Virus record (IMG/VR): IMGVR_UViG_3300037462_000147
Location: 1-36,752 of that record
Strand: one strand, 5' to 3'
DNA length: 36,752 nucleotides
DNA from: a virus
Lineage: Duplodnaviria > Caudoviricetes
In this document: positions 23,137 through 33,184 of the stretch, piece after piece
Layout: each line of letters begins with the position of its first letter
How positions within the stretch are numbered: position 1 is the first letter of the stretch
Notes under the pieces: generated by a model
Told to the model about the DNA's origin: nothing
Databases searched by the model: none
Seen by the model: the letters and a program-made list of their open reading frames with translations, nothing else
Position numbers and translations under genes: made by a program

Positions 23137-23540
23137 TCTTCAACCCCAGCGGCCTTGGCAACCCGTGCCGCGCCCTTATCGTGGATGATCTTTCTCAGCT
23201 TGGCTAGCGCGCCAAACGCACCCCAAGACAGCGCGCCCACAAGGAAATAGACCGGGGCCGCCCACTCCCAATAGCCCACAGCATCAACCTTTGTGAGGTC
23301 TACCCAGGCGGCCCAAGCATCCAGCGCACGCACCGCCGCGCCGCCGAAGAATAGGGAACCGGTTGAGGCTGCGAGCGCTTGGAAGAACATTTCTTTGCGG
23401 CTAGCCGGTGGGTCAAACGCGGCCATAGCAAGCGCACCAATTGCGCCCGCGCCGATTGCAACAGCGGCTTTGGACAACAAGCCCGCCTTGTAGGCGGCAA
23501 TCCCGGCTGCTGCGCCGGTTGTGGGTTCGGACATGCTCAT
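23133..23540 (-). CDS. Putative holin
   Basis: About three hydrophobic helices, directly upstream of the lysozyme; possible dual start MSM. Confidence 0.7.
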   Translation of the reverse strand: MSMSEPTTGAAAGIAAYKAGLLSKAAVAIGAGAIGALAMAAFDPPASRKEMFFQALAASTGSLFFGGAAVRALDAWAAWVDLTKVDAVGYWEWAAPVYFLVGALSWGAFGALAKLRKIIHDKGAARVAKAAGVEE

Positions 23541-23545
23541 AGCCT

Positions 23546-25630
23546 TTAGGACGACCAGCGGTTGAAAACGACGCGCCCATTGATCGGGGCACTACGGCCT
23601 GCCGGGATTGCGGCAATGGTGAAGGTGTTGCCTGCAAGTGCAGAAACCGTGGTCCAGTGCGTGGTCTGGTTGTCAAGCAGGATGCCCACAATGTCACCGT
23701 TTGCCAAACCCGTGCCGCTTGCCACCGTGGCCGACGTTGCGCCCGCACTCAGGGCAGCCGTGAGCGTGGATTCCTGAGCGCGAGTGCAGAAGCGCATCAC
23801 CCTGGTCACGCGGTCATAGATCGCCGTCCCCTGCTGCACATAGCCACGGGTCGGTGCGCCGTCAATAGTCAGGAACTGATAGCGCCGGGCGGCTTCGCCC
23901 TCGGTGCGGCCTCGGTTCATCGCTTGGGAATAAACCGACGCGCTGAAGTAGCGCACGAATCCCGCAGAAGACAGGTATCCACCAATGCGCACAAACGCCA
24001 CTTCGCTGCGCCGGATCGAACCCGGCCGCATCTGCGCGGCACTTAGCGCACCCGCCGAGGTGTAGAAGCCGTAGGTAGCGTCCAGCGTCGTGAGGTCGGT
24101 TTGCTGGTAGTACGCGCCGCCCCCGCTTTCGCTGGTGAGCGGGCGCATTTGAGAATCCAGCACGTACACAGCCGGGCGCAGGATGCTGCCATCAAAGTCC
24201 ACATCCCACACAATCACATCGCCCAGCTGGACGGGAATCGGGTCACTCAGGGCGATGAACTCAAAGGTCGGTGGCGTGAAGCCCAGCAAGCTCGGCGTGA
24301 GCAATGCAGGCCCGCCGTTGACGAACAGGCCGTTCGTGGCCGGGGAGATGCGCGGGTCAGCAGCCGCCGAGCTGGTCGCTGTGCCCACAATGCCGGAGTT
24401 GGGTCCGACTGCAAACGCCTGCGTCTTGTGGAACTGCGTCGCGGCCTCGCTCGTGACCATGTTGCCGCGCCCGGAATCGCTTACGGGAATGGCAATGCGG
24501 AACTGATCCTCGGGCGATCCGGCACCGCTCCACGTAAACATCACCGTATTGCTGAAGCTCGTGCTGTTGAATGTGATGCCCGGCGATGCGCTGACTGTCT
24601 CAAAGCGCACACCGTAGATTTGGTTCATGGAAGTGTTGGTGAACGTCAGCGAGACATTCGATCCTTCCATGCAGGGGTGAAAAATCTTGTTGTGGTTGTG
24701 ACCGTAGCCCACGCCCACGATGGACAGCCGCTCGATGCGGTCGGCATAGATGAAGTTCTCGTTCACGTAGGACAAGGCCACGCCGCTGTCCGTCATGCCG
24801 AGCAGGGTGACGGCACCCGTAAGGCGGAATTGGTTGTAGCTGACGGCCCGGTTTTCGCTCACGCCCGCGTCTGCATAGAGCTGCAGGAAGTTGCAGGAGC
24901 CGACCGAGACGAAGGATTCAGACAGGCCCGTGACACGAAGCACAGGCTGCGCTGGGGGAGCCGCAAACAGGCTGCCGCCATTGGTCACATTGTCAAACTC
25001 GATGCGCCCGCCGCCAGAGTTGAAGAACCCGCCGACAGTCACCGTGCCCGTGGGGATCACAATGGGCGACTCGAACCGGATGTATTTGATACCGGTCAGG
25101 TCCGTGGATGCGCTCAGGCGTACCGTGAAGCCGCGTGGGCAGTAGAGCATCTTGCCGGTGGCGCGGGCCTCTGCGGCTGCGGCCAAGACGGCAGAACGAT
25201 CATCTGTAACGCCATTGCCAGTAAAGCCCGTGGCATCCGTCACGCTAATGGCTTCACGTAGCTTATCTTCAACATCCTGAGCCCGCATGCCCGCGCCAGA
25301 TTGAATAAAACCAACACGGGCCGAACCACCAGTAGCGGCGAGGTCAGTGCGCAGTGCAGAGCCATCGCCCTGCACGCCGTCCACCGTCCAGATTAAATTG
25401 TTGGCGGAGTCGCGCAGCGTAACCTTGTACGCGCCATCCCAGAAGATGGTGGCGCGGCCTGCGCTGTCCAGCGTGAGCGGATTGGCAAGCGGTACGGTGC
25501 CCGCTGCGTCGGCAAAGATCGCCTTGAGGGTGTTTGTGCCCGCTGCATCGGCGCGCAACGTACCCCCCGCAAGCGGGTTGCCTGCATTGTCAAAGAACTG
25601 GTTGGAGCCTTGCGGGAGTACGGTTGCCAT
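23546..25630 (-). CDS. Tailspike / receptor-binding protein
   Basis: N-terminal head-binding-type domain (QFFD.AG.PLAGG....AGT....PL.LDSAGR..IFW.G.YK..L.D), linker VEDKLRE.ISV.D...G.GVTDD..A, then a beta-helix-like body. Confidence 0.85.
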   Translation of the reverse strand: MATVLPQGSNQFFDNAGNPLAGGTLRADAAGTNTLKAIFADAAGTVPLANPLTLDSAGRATIFWDGAYKVTLRDSANNLIWTVDGVQGDGSALRTDLAATGGSARVGFIQSGAGMRAQDVEDKLREAISVTDATGFTGNGVTDDRSAVLAAAAEARATGKMLYCPRGFTVRLSASTDLTGIKYIRFESPIVIPTGTVTVGGFFNSGGGRIEFDNVTNGGSLFAAPPAQPVLRVTGLSESFVSVGSCNFLQLYADAGVSENRAVSYNQFRLTGAVTLLGMTDSGVALSYVNENFIYADRIERLSIVGVGYGHNHNKIFHPCMEGSNVSLTFTNTSMNQIYGVRFETVSASPGITFNSTSFSNTVMFTWSGAGSPEDQFRIAIPVSDSGRGNMVTSEAATQFHKTQAFAVGPNSGIVGTATSSAAADPRISPATNGLFVNGGPALLTPSLLGFTPPTFEFIALSDPIPVQLGDVIVWDVDFDGSILRPAVYVLDSQMRPLTSESGGGAYYQQTDLTTLDATYGFYTSAGALSAAQMRPGSIRRSEVAFVRIGGYLSSAGFVRYFSASVYSQAMNRGRTEGEAARRYQFLTIDGAPTRGYVQQGTAIYDRVTRVMRFCTRAQESTLTAALSAGATSATVASGTGLANGDIVGILLDNQTTHWTTVSALAGNTFTIAAIPAGRSAPINGRVVFNRWSS

Positions 25631-25654
25631 AAGCCTGCCTTTTAGACAGGTTGA

Positions 25655-25724
25655 ATGGTCACGCGACGAGGCCTAGCAAAGACGCGCTCAAGCGTCTAGC
25701 GTTTTTTCAAAAGGGGCTTAGGAT
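25655..25724. promoter_or_regulatory. Bidirectional candidate late promoter
   Basis: Palindrome GCGCTCAAGCGT (25684-25695) with -10-like GACCAT (minus, 25660-25655) and TAGGAT (plus, 25719-25724) placed symmetrically. Confidence 0.75.
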
Positions 25725-25730
25725 GACGGC

Positions 25731-25919
25731 ATGGATTCTGCATACGTCACCGCGCTGGCTATTGCTGTTGCGCCGATTATCTGGTTTGTGCTGCGCGTAA
25801 CTGCCCGGTGCGTCTATGTCACCGGGCTTTGGCTATCGGCCAATCTGCTGCGCCGTCAAAGCCCCCGCCGCTGGAAGGAATGTTTCCGCGACGTTCGGCA
25901 GACTTTGGATAAGCGGTGA
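25731..25919 (+). CDS. Small membrane protein antisense to the late operon (sieA/moron-like position)
   Basis: Hydrophobic N-terminus; ATG falls at the predicted +1; overlaps the 3' end of the last ejection gene. Confidence 0.55.
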   Translation: MDSAYVTALAIAVAPIIWFVLRVTARCVYVTGLWLSANLLRRQSPRRWKECFRDVRQTLDKR

Positions 25920-27497
25920 CTGGTTCATCAGCGCATTGCGTGTCGCTGCGGACGAAAGCAGCGCATTAGAGCCGCGCCCCACGGTCAGCCCCATGCCGCC
26001 CGCAGTCAGCGCAGTCATTGGATCAATTGCGCCACCGGCAAACAACCCGCCAAGCACCCCGGCGCGTTGAGCTGTGCCAGAATCTCCCACGCGGCCTTTC
26101 AGGAACTGTCCGGCAATATCAGATAGCTCCGATAGATCATCGCCACGAATGCGACCCTTGGCCTGTGCAAGCCGCGCTGCAGATAGATCGCCCTCGGCTC
26201 CAGCGGGCACCAGCTTTTGCAGCTCGCGCATGTTGCCCCATTGCTGGCGAGTTGTCGCAAACTTGGCCGCATCTTGCGGGCCTAGAGAGCGATTCAGCGC
26301 GGCCAGCAGGCTGTCGCGCATTTCGCGGGCAGACGCGGCCAGCGTGGTGTCGTTGCTGTTGCCCAAGCGGTCCAGCATTTTTTTGATGTTGTAGGCGGCT
26401 TGGCCGTCAATCTCGCCCGCTTGGTTGACTTTGGAAAGCAGGTTGTTTACTTGCTTACCGATCACGCCCGCTTGCGCGTCAGTCATCAGGCTTGCAGCGT
26501 CAGCCTGAATCCGCGTCAGGTCGGCCATCAGCGCGTTGTCTGCCTTAACTGGCGTCGTTGAAAGCACGCGGTCAAACTCGGAGCCAAGGCGCTTTTCAGC
26601 CTGCGCCACGGCCTGCACGACGTTATCGGTGTTCTCGCCGACGGTACGCGATACAGCCGTATTGAACGCCTTTTGCTGGGCCTCGCGGGTTGCGCCCTTG
26701 CCGCTGAACGGCACGTAGTCTAACGCAGCAGACAGCGCATTCAGTGGTTTGCTGTTCACCAGTTGATCGGCATAAACAGGGATGCCCTGCGCCTCTGCAC
26801 GCTGCGCAAGCCCCCGCACAGCCGGAGACACGGCATTGCTCAAGGCGTTGACGCCGCGTCCAATGCCAGAGGCCACAACTTGACCCGCCGCGCCACCTAG
26901 CGCGCCCAGCCCGGCCGCTTGCGCGCGGCTGTCTTCCGTCGCTACAGGTTGCAGCGAGGCAAACGCTGCGCCTTGTGCTGCGGGTACGGCCAACCGCCCT
27001 ACAACAGGCGCGGCACGCACGGTGTTACTCAGCGCGCCCAACGTAGACGCCACCTTCGGCGCAGCACCGGCCGCACCTACGCCGGTTGCAAACTGCGCGG
27101 CTTGTCCTACCACGTTGCCCACAATGCCGCCGCCCGTGCTCATTAGCGGAGCATCATCCACCTTGGCCTGATTGATTGCGGCTTGCGTCGCGGCTTGAGA
27201 TTCCGCCGCCGTGGGCATGCCCGCCGCTCGCGACAAGCTGCCGCTTGGGTTGAACGTGCGCTCAAGCGCGGCCGCCGGAATGTCTAATAGCTGCTTGATG
27301 CCGCGCCCAGTGTCCACAAACGCCTTGCCAAAACCGGCAACCGTGTTTTCTAGGAATGATCCGGTCGGGGCGTAAGTTTTGCGGTCGGCGTCTTGCTGGG
27401 CTTTCACCTTTTGCGCGCGGCCGTCATCCACCACCGGGGCAGACGCCCAAGCGGGAGAGCCACCCTGTACTGCTGGCGCATCTTGCCACTTAGCCAT
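25833..27497 (-). CDS. DNA ejection protein (P22 gp16-like position)
   Basis: 554 aa, Ala/Gly-rich with hydrophobic GxxxG segments; third gene of the ejection cluster. Confidence 0.7.
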   Translation of the reverse strand: MAKWQDAPAVQGGSPAWASAPVVDDGRAQKVKAQQDADRKTYAPTGSFLENTVAGFGKAFVDTGRGIKQLLDIPAAALERTFNPSGSLSRAAGMPTAAESQAATQAAINQAKVDDAPLMSTGGGIVGNVVGQAAQFATGVGAAGAAPKVASTLGALSNTVRAAPVVGRLAVPAAQGAAFASLQPVATEDSRAQAAGLGALGGAAGQVVASGIGRGVNALSNAVSPAVRGLAQRAEAQGIPVYADQLVNSKPLNALSAALDYVPFSGKGATREAQQKAFNTAVSRTVGENTDNVVQAVAQAEKRLGSEFDRVLSTTPVKADNALMADLTRIQADAASLMTDAQAGVIGKQVNNLLSKVNQAGEIDGQAAYNIKKMLDRLGNSNDTTLAASAREMRDSLLAALNRSLGPQDAAKFATTRQQWGNMRELQKLVPAGAEGDLSAARLAQAKGRIRGDDLSELSDIAGQFLKGRVGDSGTAQRAGVLGGLFAGGAIDPMTALTAGGMGLTVGRGSNALLSSAATRNALMNQSPLIQSLPNVAETFLPAAGALTAQQIGR

Positions 27498-28783
27498 TAC
27501 GGCTTCCTCCGCTGCACCCCGTCAGGGCCAACAAACACTGCGCCCGATGGCAGCCTGTCGTAGTCCGCATCGTTTGCGACCCGCGCCACATCCGCACGGG
27601 ACTTCTTCTCTGCTTCGCGGCCAACCGGCGTAAAGATGTTTTCGGGGTTGAGCCCACGACGCTGAGCAACGGTCTGGTAGGTCTGCTGAGCACCCGTGTA
27701 CTGCTGCTCAAACGACGCAATGCGCCCCTCGGCCTCGGTCAGGATTTGGCGCTTCGTTTCCGGCGTCAAACGCCCACCGCCCGCAAGGCGCTGCGCTTGG
27801 CTCTTCAGCCATTCAGGGATCGCTTGGCTGTTGGCAATCGTGGCGTACTCGCCTTCGCGTACAACGCTGGTCGGGTCGTACAGCTTGGCAAGGCCATAGA
27901 TCAGGTTGATGTCGGCCTGCGAGTTGTTGCGCGTCGCTGCGTCTCGAACGGCAGCAAAAGCCGGGAAGGCGGCTTTCAGGTTCTTGACTTCGGGTAGATC
28001 GGCAAACTCCTTGCGCAAAGCCGTTTCGTTCTCTGCCACCTTGCCGCCGCGCGCAATGGTGTTGGCTTCGCGAGCTCGCTCATTGGTCATGTTCTGCCCG
28101 CGCATTGTCACGTTGGCTTGCAGTTGCGCATCTGGGCTGACCGTGTTGCGCACGCTGCCCGTAACGCGCGGCTGCCCGGTCAGCGGGTCAATTGCCAGCG
28201 TGTCAGTTGTCGCGCCCGTGTTGCGGGTTTGAATCTGCGGCAGCAGCTTATCCGCCGTCAGCGCATGGCCTGCCGCCCAAGCCTTTACCTGCTCGGGGGT
28301 CGTGAGCTGTAGCAGCTTCTGCCGCTCTTCGGTCATAGGCGTGCCCGTCAAGCGCTCAAACGCGTCAATGGCGAGCGTGGCATTTTGCGGCGTCGGGTTT
28401 GCCATGACGCCCTGAGACAAAAACTTCATGGCGTCTAGCTGCTTGCCTAGCGTTTCGGCACGCTTGCTGCCAACTTCCGCTTCGGTCTTCTTGCGGTTCA
28501 GAATGCCAGTTTCCAGCTTGTCGGCTTCATCAAAGAACCCGCCCTGACGCAGCGCGCCGATGCGCTGATCGTCGGTCGCGTCGCCCGGCAGACCGGCAAT
28601 CGTGTTGCGCAGCCGGTTTTGCCGCTCCATCTGGCCTTGACGTTCTTGCATAGCCAAGGCGTTCATCTGGCCTTGCTGCCTCGCGCTTTGGAGCGCAAGC
28701 GCGTTGTTCATGATGCCGCCCAAGTCCACGGGCTGCACCCCGGCACCGGCGCGCAGGGGGATGCTTGCGTCAATTGTCGCCAT
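27497..28783 (-). CDS. DNA ejection protein (P22 gp20-like position)
   Basis: 428 aa, helical and Q/A-rich; RGQNMT..RARE and DP.SVVREGE motifs typical of podophage internal virion proteins. Confidence 0.7.
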   Translation of the reverse strand: MATIDASIPLRAGAGVQPVDLGGIMNNALALQSARQQGQMNALAMQERQGQMERQNRLRNTIAGLPGDATDDQRIGALRQGGFFDEADKLETGILNRKKTEAEVGSKRAETLGKQLDAMKFLSQGVMANPTPQNATLAIDAFERLTGTPMTEERQKLLQLTTPEQVKAWAAGHALTADKLLPQIQTRNTGATTDTLAIDPLTGQPRVTGSVRNTVSPDAQLQANVTMRGQNMTNERAREANTIARGGKVAENETALRKEFADLPEVKNLKAAFPAFAAVRDAATRNNSQADINLIYGLAKLYDPTSVVREGEYATIANSQAIPEWLKSQAQRLAGGGRLTPETKRQILTEAEGRIASFEQQYTGAQQTYQTVAQRRGLNPENIFTPVGREAEKKSRADVARVANDADYDRLPSGAVFVGPDGVQRRKP

Positions 28784-29595
28784 TAGCGGAAACCTCCGGA
28801 CAGGAAGGCCGTGAGCAGGTTGTTTTGCGCGTTATTGAAGGCGTTGCCCCAAGCGTTAGCAGAACCAATGCGGCCTGCGGCTTGTGCGTTACCTGCGCCG
28901 ATGATGTTGCCCGCCGTGGCGCTGCCAAGCTGAGAGCGGTCTGCGTTGACGCTCTGGGTGGCCGTTTGACCCACACCAGACAGCGAGGCCAGCCGGTTGA
29001 AGCGGTTGGTCTGGTCGTTGTTGAAGCGGTTGTAGGCGCTGCCGAACTCCTGCGACGCAAGGTCAGAATTGAACCGATGAAGCTCGCGCAGAGCCTGCCC
29101 GCTGTTGAAGCGACCACGGGCTAGGGCGTTGCGGTTGATAGCGGTTTCGCCTTGATTCAGGCGGAAATTCATACCCGGATCGGCCTGAAAATCCGACGCG
29201 CCAAAAGAGCGCATCAAATCGCCATAGCCGGTTGGCTGGCCGCCGGGTTGGGCGGCTTGGGGTGAGCCTTCCGGGCCGTTGGTCAGCATGTTGCGGGTCA
29301 TCCATGGGAAGCGACTATTGCGCACCTCCGATGAACCTCGCGCTTGTGCGTCTGCTGCGTTTAGCCCTGGCGAGTTTCCACCGCCCACCCCAAGCCCCCA
29401 AAGCAATGCATTGAGGCCCTGCACACCAGCGTTGCGCCACGGCTCCATGTCCGTGCGGTTCTGGTTGAACATCTCCAGCATGGCCGCATTAGCGTCTCGC
29501 GCGGACTGCGCCTGCGTGTTTGCGGCGCTGCGCGATGCGCGGCTGTTCAGGTAGCCACCGACAAGGCCGTCACCTACTGATCCGAAAATTGACAT
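28783..29595 (-). CDS. DNA ejection protein (P22 gp7-like)
   Basis: G..S..AA..QA.....A.....EMF.Q.R.D..PW..AG..GL; DPG.NFRL.QG..A...ALARG...SG; G.AQAAG.IG.ANAW. Confidence 0.8.
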   Translation of the reverse strand: MSIFGSVGDGLVGGYLNSRASRSAANTQAQSARDANAAMLEMFNQNRTDMEPWRNAGVQGLNALLWGLGVGGGNSPGLNAADAQARGSSEVRNSRFPWMTRNMLTNGPEGSPQAAQPGGQPTGYGDLMRSFGASDFQADPGMNFRLNQGETAINRNALARGRFNSGQALRELHRFNSDLASQEFGSAYNRFNNDQTNRFNRLASLSGVGQTATQSVNADRSQLGSATAGNIIGAGNAQAAGRIGSANAWGNAFNNAQNNLLTAFLSGGFR

Positions 29596-29951
29596 GCTGG
29601 CTCCATCGTGTAAACCGTCACTGCGCCGCGTTCAGCAACGGGCATAAACCCAAGCCGCTGCACAAAATCGTGGCTTTTGGTGTTGCCGCTTTCAACTACG
29701 GTCACAAGCCACCCGTGCTTGTCCAGCAGCCCCGCAAAAAGCTCGGTCAGCACCTTGCGCGAGGCCCATCGGCGCTGTTTGGCGGGATGCACTGCAATGT
29801 GCACCTCACGCCCGCGCTCAATCACCACGACACCCGGCCGAAACTCGTACAGCTCAAACCCGCTCAAGTGCTCGTCAAGGTCAACGCCAGCTTTAGCGAA
29901 CTGATCGCCTAGCGTGAGACGAATGACCTCTAAACACTTTTCACGGCTCAT
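29574..29951 (-). CDS. GNAT-like virion assembly protein (P22 gp14-like position)
   Basis: EVHIAV...RRW...N..S..FVQRLGF motif; located before the ejection genes. Confidence 0.65.
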   Translation of the reverse strand: MSREKCLEVIRLTLGDQFAKAGVDLDEHLSGFELYEFRPGVVVIERGREVHIAVHPAKQRRWASRKVLTELFAGLLDKHGWLVTVVESGNTKSHDFVQRLGFMPVAERGAVTVYTMEPACQFSDQ

Positions 29952-29956
29952 AGCCC

Positions 29957-29997
29957 ATCATCCAAGGGCTGCCGCGCTGCTTCACGCGCTCAAGCGT
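29957..29997 (-). promoter_or_regulatory. Candidate late promoter
   Basis: ACGCTTGAGCGCG (29997-29985) and -10-like GATGAT (29962-29957); the ATG at 29951 suggests a leaderless mRNA. Confidence 0.7.
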
Positions 29998-30480
29998 CTA
30001 CTGCACTAGCTGGTTCACTTCGGGGATGTTTTCGGCACCGGGCAGGCCCGCATCGATGGACACTTGACGGCTTGCGTTGATGGCCTGCGCGGCTGCGGCT
30101 GCGGTTTGGTTGGCCTGAGTGACGCTCACCGCAACCTGCTCCGTTGTCGCGGCGACGTTTTGGACATTGGTTGCCACGTCCACCACCGTAGGGCCGTTGA
30201 TGCCCCCTAATCGGCGGTTGCTGATCTCGTCCATGGCCCTGTACCACTGGTCATCAATCATGACGGGCAGTCGCTGGTCGCCCACCATGACATAGCCCAC
30301 CGGAACGCGCACCGGAGGCAGCCATGCTTGCGAGCGCGACGATTCATTGCCCGTGTTCGCGGTCTGATACGGGCCGAAGATGCCCGCCCCGCCCCGAAGG
30401 TTGGCCGTGGCGCGAGCAGATGCAGACGCGGACGATGTGACCCGCCCACCCCCGCGTACAGCGCCCGTGCCGTTTGCCAT
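29998..30480 (-). CDS. Putative tail needle/plug protein
   Basis: Position after the nozzle gene; PP.RVP...WYR..motif and C-terminal heptad-like Ala/Gln stretch. Confidence 0.5.
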   Translation of the reverse strand: MANGTGAVRGGGRVTSSASASARATANLRGGAGIFGPYQTANTGNESSRSQAWLPPVRVPVGYVMVGDQRLPVMIDDQWYRAMDEISNRRLGGINGPTVVDVATNVQNVAATTEQVAVSVTQANQTAAAAAQAINASRQVSIDAGLPGAENIPEVNQLVQ

Positions 30481-31059
30481 TTACAGCCTCAACTCAAAGG
30501 TAGCGGCGGTGAGGGTGTGCGTGCCTTGCGCGGCATACACCTGCTCGGTAATGCTGGAGACAAGGCACGTAGAAGTGCCTGCGCTGGTCAGGTCAATAGC
30601 CGCGCCGCCCGACGTTGCGGACACTTGGAAGTCATCCGTGTTCGCGTTAATCACAAAATAGACCGTACCCTCCACCAGCGGAGCCGGAAGGCCGCCGTTG
30701 TAGAACACGACTTTCTGCCCGTTGGCCCAGCCGTGTGCGGGGCATTGGATGCGGTCGGTGGACACGACAGCGACGAACTCTTTCGGGTTGCCGTCATTGG
30801 GCGTGCAGCCGAGAAACGTGGCTCCGTTCCAGAAGCCGAACCACCGCACAGTCGTGGCGGGGACGTCAAAGTTCACAGCCGCCGTCAGGGTTCGAACCTC
30901 ACCAGAAGCCGCCCCGACCGTGATTGCGCGGCGCGCATAGGCCGGAGCGCCGCCAGACACCTCAGAGGCCCCGGTCTGCCCCGGAAATGCGGTGTGCAGG
31001 CTGCATTGGCCGAACGTCAGTGCGTCCAGCATGGTGTTTTTGGCGTTAGTGGTGAACAT
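30481..31059 (-). CDS. Virion structural protein with inserted small beta domain (HG...G..V....LP..L..G.VYFV....DDFQVS)
   Basis: N..LD......SLHTA.PG.TGA.EVSGG..AYAR..I pattern seen in small tail-fibre/decoration proteins. Confidence 0.65.
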   Translation of the reverse strand: MFTTNAKNTMLDALTFGQCSLHTAFPGQTGASEVSGGAPAYARRAITVGAASGEVRTLTAAVNFDVPATTVRWFGFWNGATFLGCTPNDGNPKEFVAVVSTDRIQCPAHGWANGQKVVFYNGGLPAPLVEGTVYFVINANTDDFQVSATSGGAAIDLTSAGTSTCLVSSITEQVYAAQGTHTLTAATFELRL

Positions 31060-32459
31060 CAGGAAGTCCCTGTTTCAAAATCAATGCTTGCTCCGACAAT
31101 CGGGGCAAAAGTGTTGTCTGTCACTGTGACCTCAAACACGCCATCACGCATCTTGCCGTGTCGATGCCAATAGCAGCGGGTGCGGTATTGGCCGGTCAGG
31201 CCCAAAGACACGGTGCGCTGGTTGCCCCACGTCCTGCCGCCGTCTTTGGAGACTCGAAGACCCACCACAGGCGATACATTCAGCGGGGCGTTTCCAGTGT
31301 CAAAGTACGCCTCAAACCGCTGCACGTAGTTGTTCCGGTTCTGCGCGAACACATGGGGGGCCGAGCGGATGCGGACAATCTCCCGGCCCAAATCCGTGTA
31401 GAAGTCCAGCTTCCATGCGGCAAGCGTGGCGCGGTCACGCAGGCCGACGAAGTGCTGCCCGCTCAAAAGGGCATGGCAGCGAGCCAAATGGTGCTCAAGC
31501 TGGCCGGACGCATTCAAATAGGCGCGTTCATGCCATGCTTGGGTCGTGATGTCATAGACCCACGTCTTACCGGCACTGGGGAAGGTCACCACGTAGTAAG
31601 CGTGCCCGGCTTGCTGGTAGCAGAAGCCGTAGCTGTCATCAATGCGGGGGTAGGTCTCAATCTCCGCGCCAATGGCGGGCGTGCTGATGACTTGGGGTTG
31701 ATAGCCCTGAATGCGCCAGATCATCCCCTCGCCTTTGTCGTTGGACCCGACCATGTAGATTGAGCCGTCCATCTTGGCGACAGACGCGCGCGACGCGGTG
31801 CCGTGCTCAATGAATGCACCTTGAATGCGGTCAAACGGGCCATCTACGCCGCCCGTGTTCGTCCACACCTCTGTGGTTCGCTGGCCGATCAGGAAAAGTT
31901 CCCGGTAGTCAGCCAGAACGCACACCAGCGGGTCAGGCGCGCCTTCCTTGCTGTAGAAGTCCAGCGCGGCCCAGCTTGAGGGGTCAAAAGGCGCGGAGTA
32001 GTACCATCTTTGTGTACCGACCTCGCTAGCCACAAAATAGCCGTTCAGGCTCGTTACCGTGCCGGGCGTAAACGGCAGCGACGGGATAAACGCCGTCCAG
32101 TCCCCTAGGTTGATACCCAGCGCAGCGCCACCAGAAACCACTATCGCCCGGTCGCCAGCCACGGCAATGTATGCGTCGTCTCCGGGCGTGATGCTGCCGA
32201 TCTGCACTGCAGGGATGCCCAGCCGATAGCGCCACACCTTGCCGTTAGCCACAGCAATGATGCTGTCGCCATAGGTTTCCGTTGCAAGAACGCTGCCCGC
32301 AGTATCTAGCTGCGCCCACTCAATCAGGCCGGGCGTGGGATAGAGCACATTCCCCTTCTCGGGGTCTGCCTCAAGGTAGTAATTCACGCAGCGCTGCGCG
32401 CTCGCCTTGACGCTGCGAGCCTCATACGCCGGGCCACAGAAGCCGGGGAAGTCCATCAA
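31059..32459 (-). CDS. Packaged-DNA stabilisation / tail hub protein (P22 gp10-like)
   Basis: 466 aa; S.QRC.N.Y, PTPGL, AL.F.SKEG.PD, TTEVW..TG, IST.AI, TWVYD..T..WHER, SKDGG.TW. Confidence 0.9.
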   Translation of the reverse strand: MMDFPGFCGPAYEARSVKASAQRCVNYYLEADPEKGNVLYPTPGLIEWAQLDTAGSVLATETYGDSIIAVANGKVWRYRLGIPAVQIGSITPGDDAYIAVAGDRAIVVSGGAALGINLGDWTAFIPSLPFTPGTVTSLNGYFVASEVGTQRWYYSAPFDPSSWAALDFYSKEGAPDPLVCVLADYRELFLIGQRTTEVWTNTGGVDGPFDRIQGAFIEHGTASRASVAKMDGSIYMVGSNDKGEGMIWRIQGYQPQVISTPAIGAEIETYPRIDDSYGFCYQQAGHAYYVVTFPSAGKTWVYDITTQAWHERAYLNASGQLEHHLARCHALLSGQHFVGLRDRATLAAWKLDFYTDLGREIVRIRSAPHVFAQNRNNYVQRFEAYFDTGNAPLNVSPVVGLRVSKDGGRTWGNQRTVSLGLTGQYRTRCYWHRHGKMRDGVFEVTVTDNTFAPIVGASIDFETGTS

Positions 32460-33184
32460 TACCCTCGCAGGAAGTCAACAAGGGTCATCATTTCCGGCTT
32501 CACGCCGTACTCGAATTTCAGCTTCGGCTGCGCCAAGTTCGTGGACTTCATTGCGGCCCGCGCTTCTCGCGCCATGCGGGCAAGGTCCGGCGTGATCGGT
32601 CGGCCATACTCGGCGCAGATGCGCTCGGCTAGGCTGTAGACAATGGCATCGTCATAGCCGCTGGGGAAGCTGGCCGTCGTGTCCAGCGTGGCAAAGCTCG
32701 AAAACTCCGCCTTGTAGCCAATGACAAGCTGCGTATTGCCAATCGGCAGCGGCCACAGGTTCACGGTGCCCGCAATGGGGCCGTAGTTGTACCAGCTATA
32801 ACCCGGATAGGTGTTTCCAAGTTGCTTGAGCTGGATTTCTGCAAATTCAGGCGCGGTGATCTGCTTAATGGGCAAATCCAGCGGCTGTTGCGGGTTGGTG
32901 AGCACCCGCAAGAACATGTAGTTAAAAGAGATCGGCGGAGGCGAAACGTTGAAGTTCTGCCCCGCGCCAATCGTGTACACGCCCTGCCCTGCCGTCAGGT
33001 TGAACGCAAGCTGTTCCTGGTCGTGCAGGTTGATGTTGCTTGTTTCCCAGCTATCCAACATGCCGTTGAGCATGTCCAGCCCGGCCTGCGCGTCCTCCGC
33101 GCTCGGGGTTTCACCCGCAGCGGTGATCTGCGCAATGCGTAGGGCTCGCTCAATGAAGCGGCGTGCGGAGCTGGTAACAGACAT
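32456..33184 (-). CDS. Head-to-tail adaptor (P22 gp4-like)
   Basis: I..ALR......AGE.P..ED...GL..LN.MLD.W; P.GY.DAI.Y.LA..I..EYG. Confidence 0.85.
   Translation of the reverse strand: MSVTSSARRFIERALRIAQITAAGETPSAEDAQAGLDMLNGMLDSWETSNINLHDQEQLAFNLTAGQGVYTIGAGQNFNVSPPPISFNYMFLRVLTNPQQPLDLPIKQITAPEFAEIQLKQLGNTYPGYSWYNYGPIAGTVNLWPLPIGNTQLVIGYKAEFSSFATLDTTASFPSGYDDAIVYSLAERICAEYGRPITPDLARMAREARAAMKSTNLAQPKLKFEYGVKPEMMTLVDFLRGY

Noticed and set aside
23657-25261. Long plus-strand ORFs opposite structural genes (e.g. 24101-25261, 2647-3516, 30328-31173)
   Set aside because: Typical antisense shadows of GC-rich coding sequence with no recognisable motifs.
27258-27270. Near-match to the late dyad (GCGCTCAAGCGCG) inside an ejection gene
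   Set aside because: Intragenic, and no nAnnnT hexamer at the conserved spacing in either direction.
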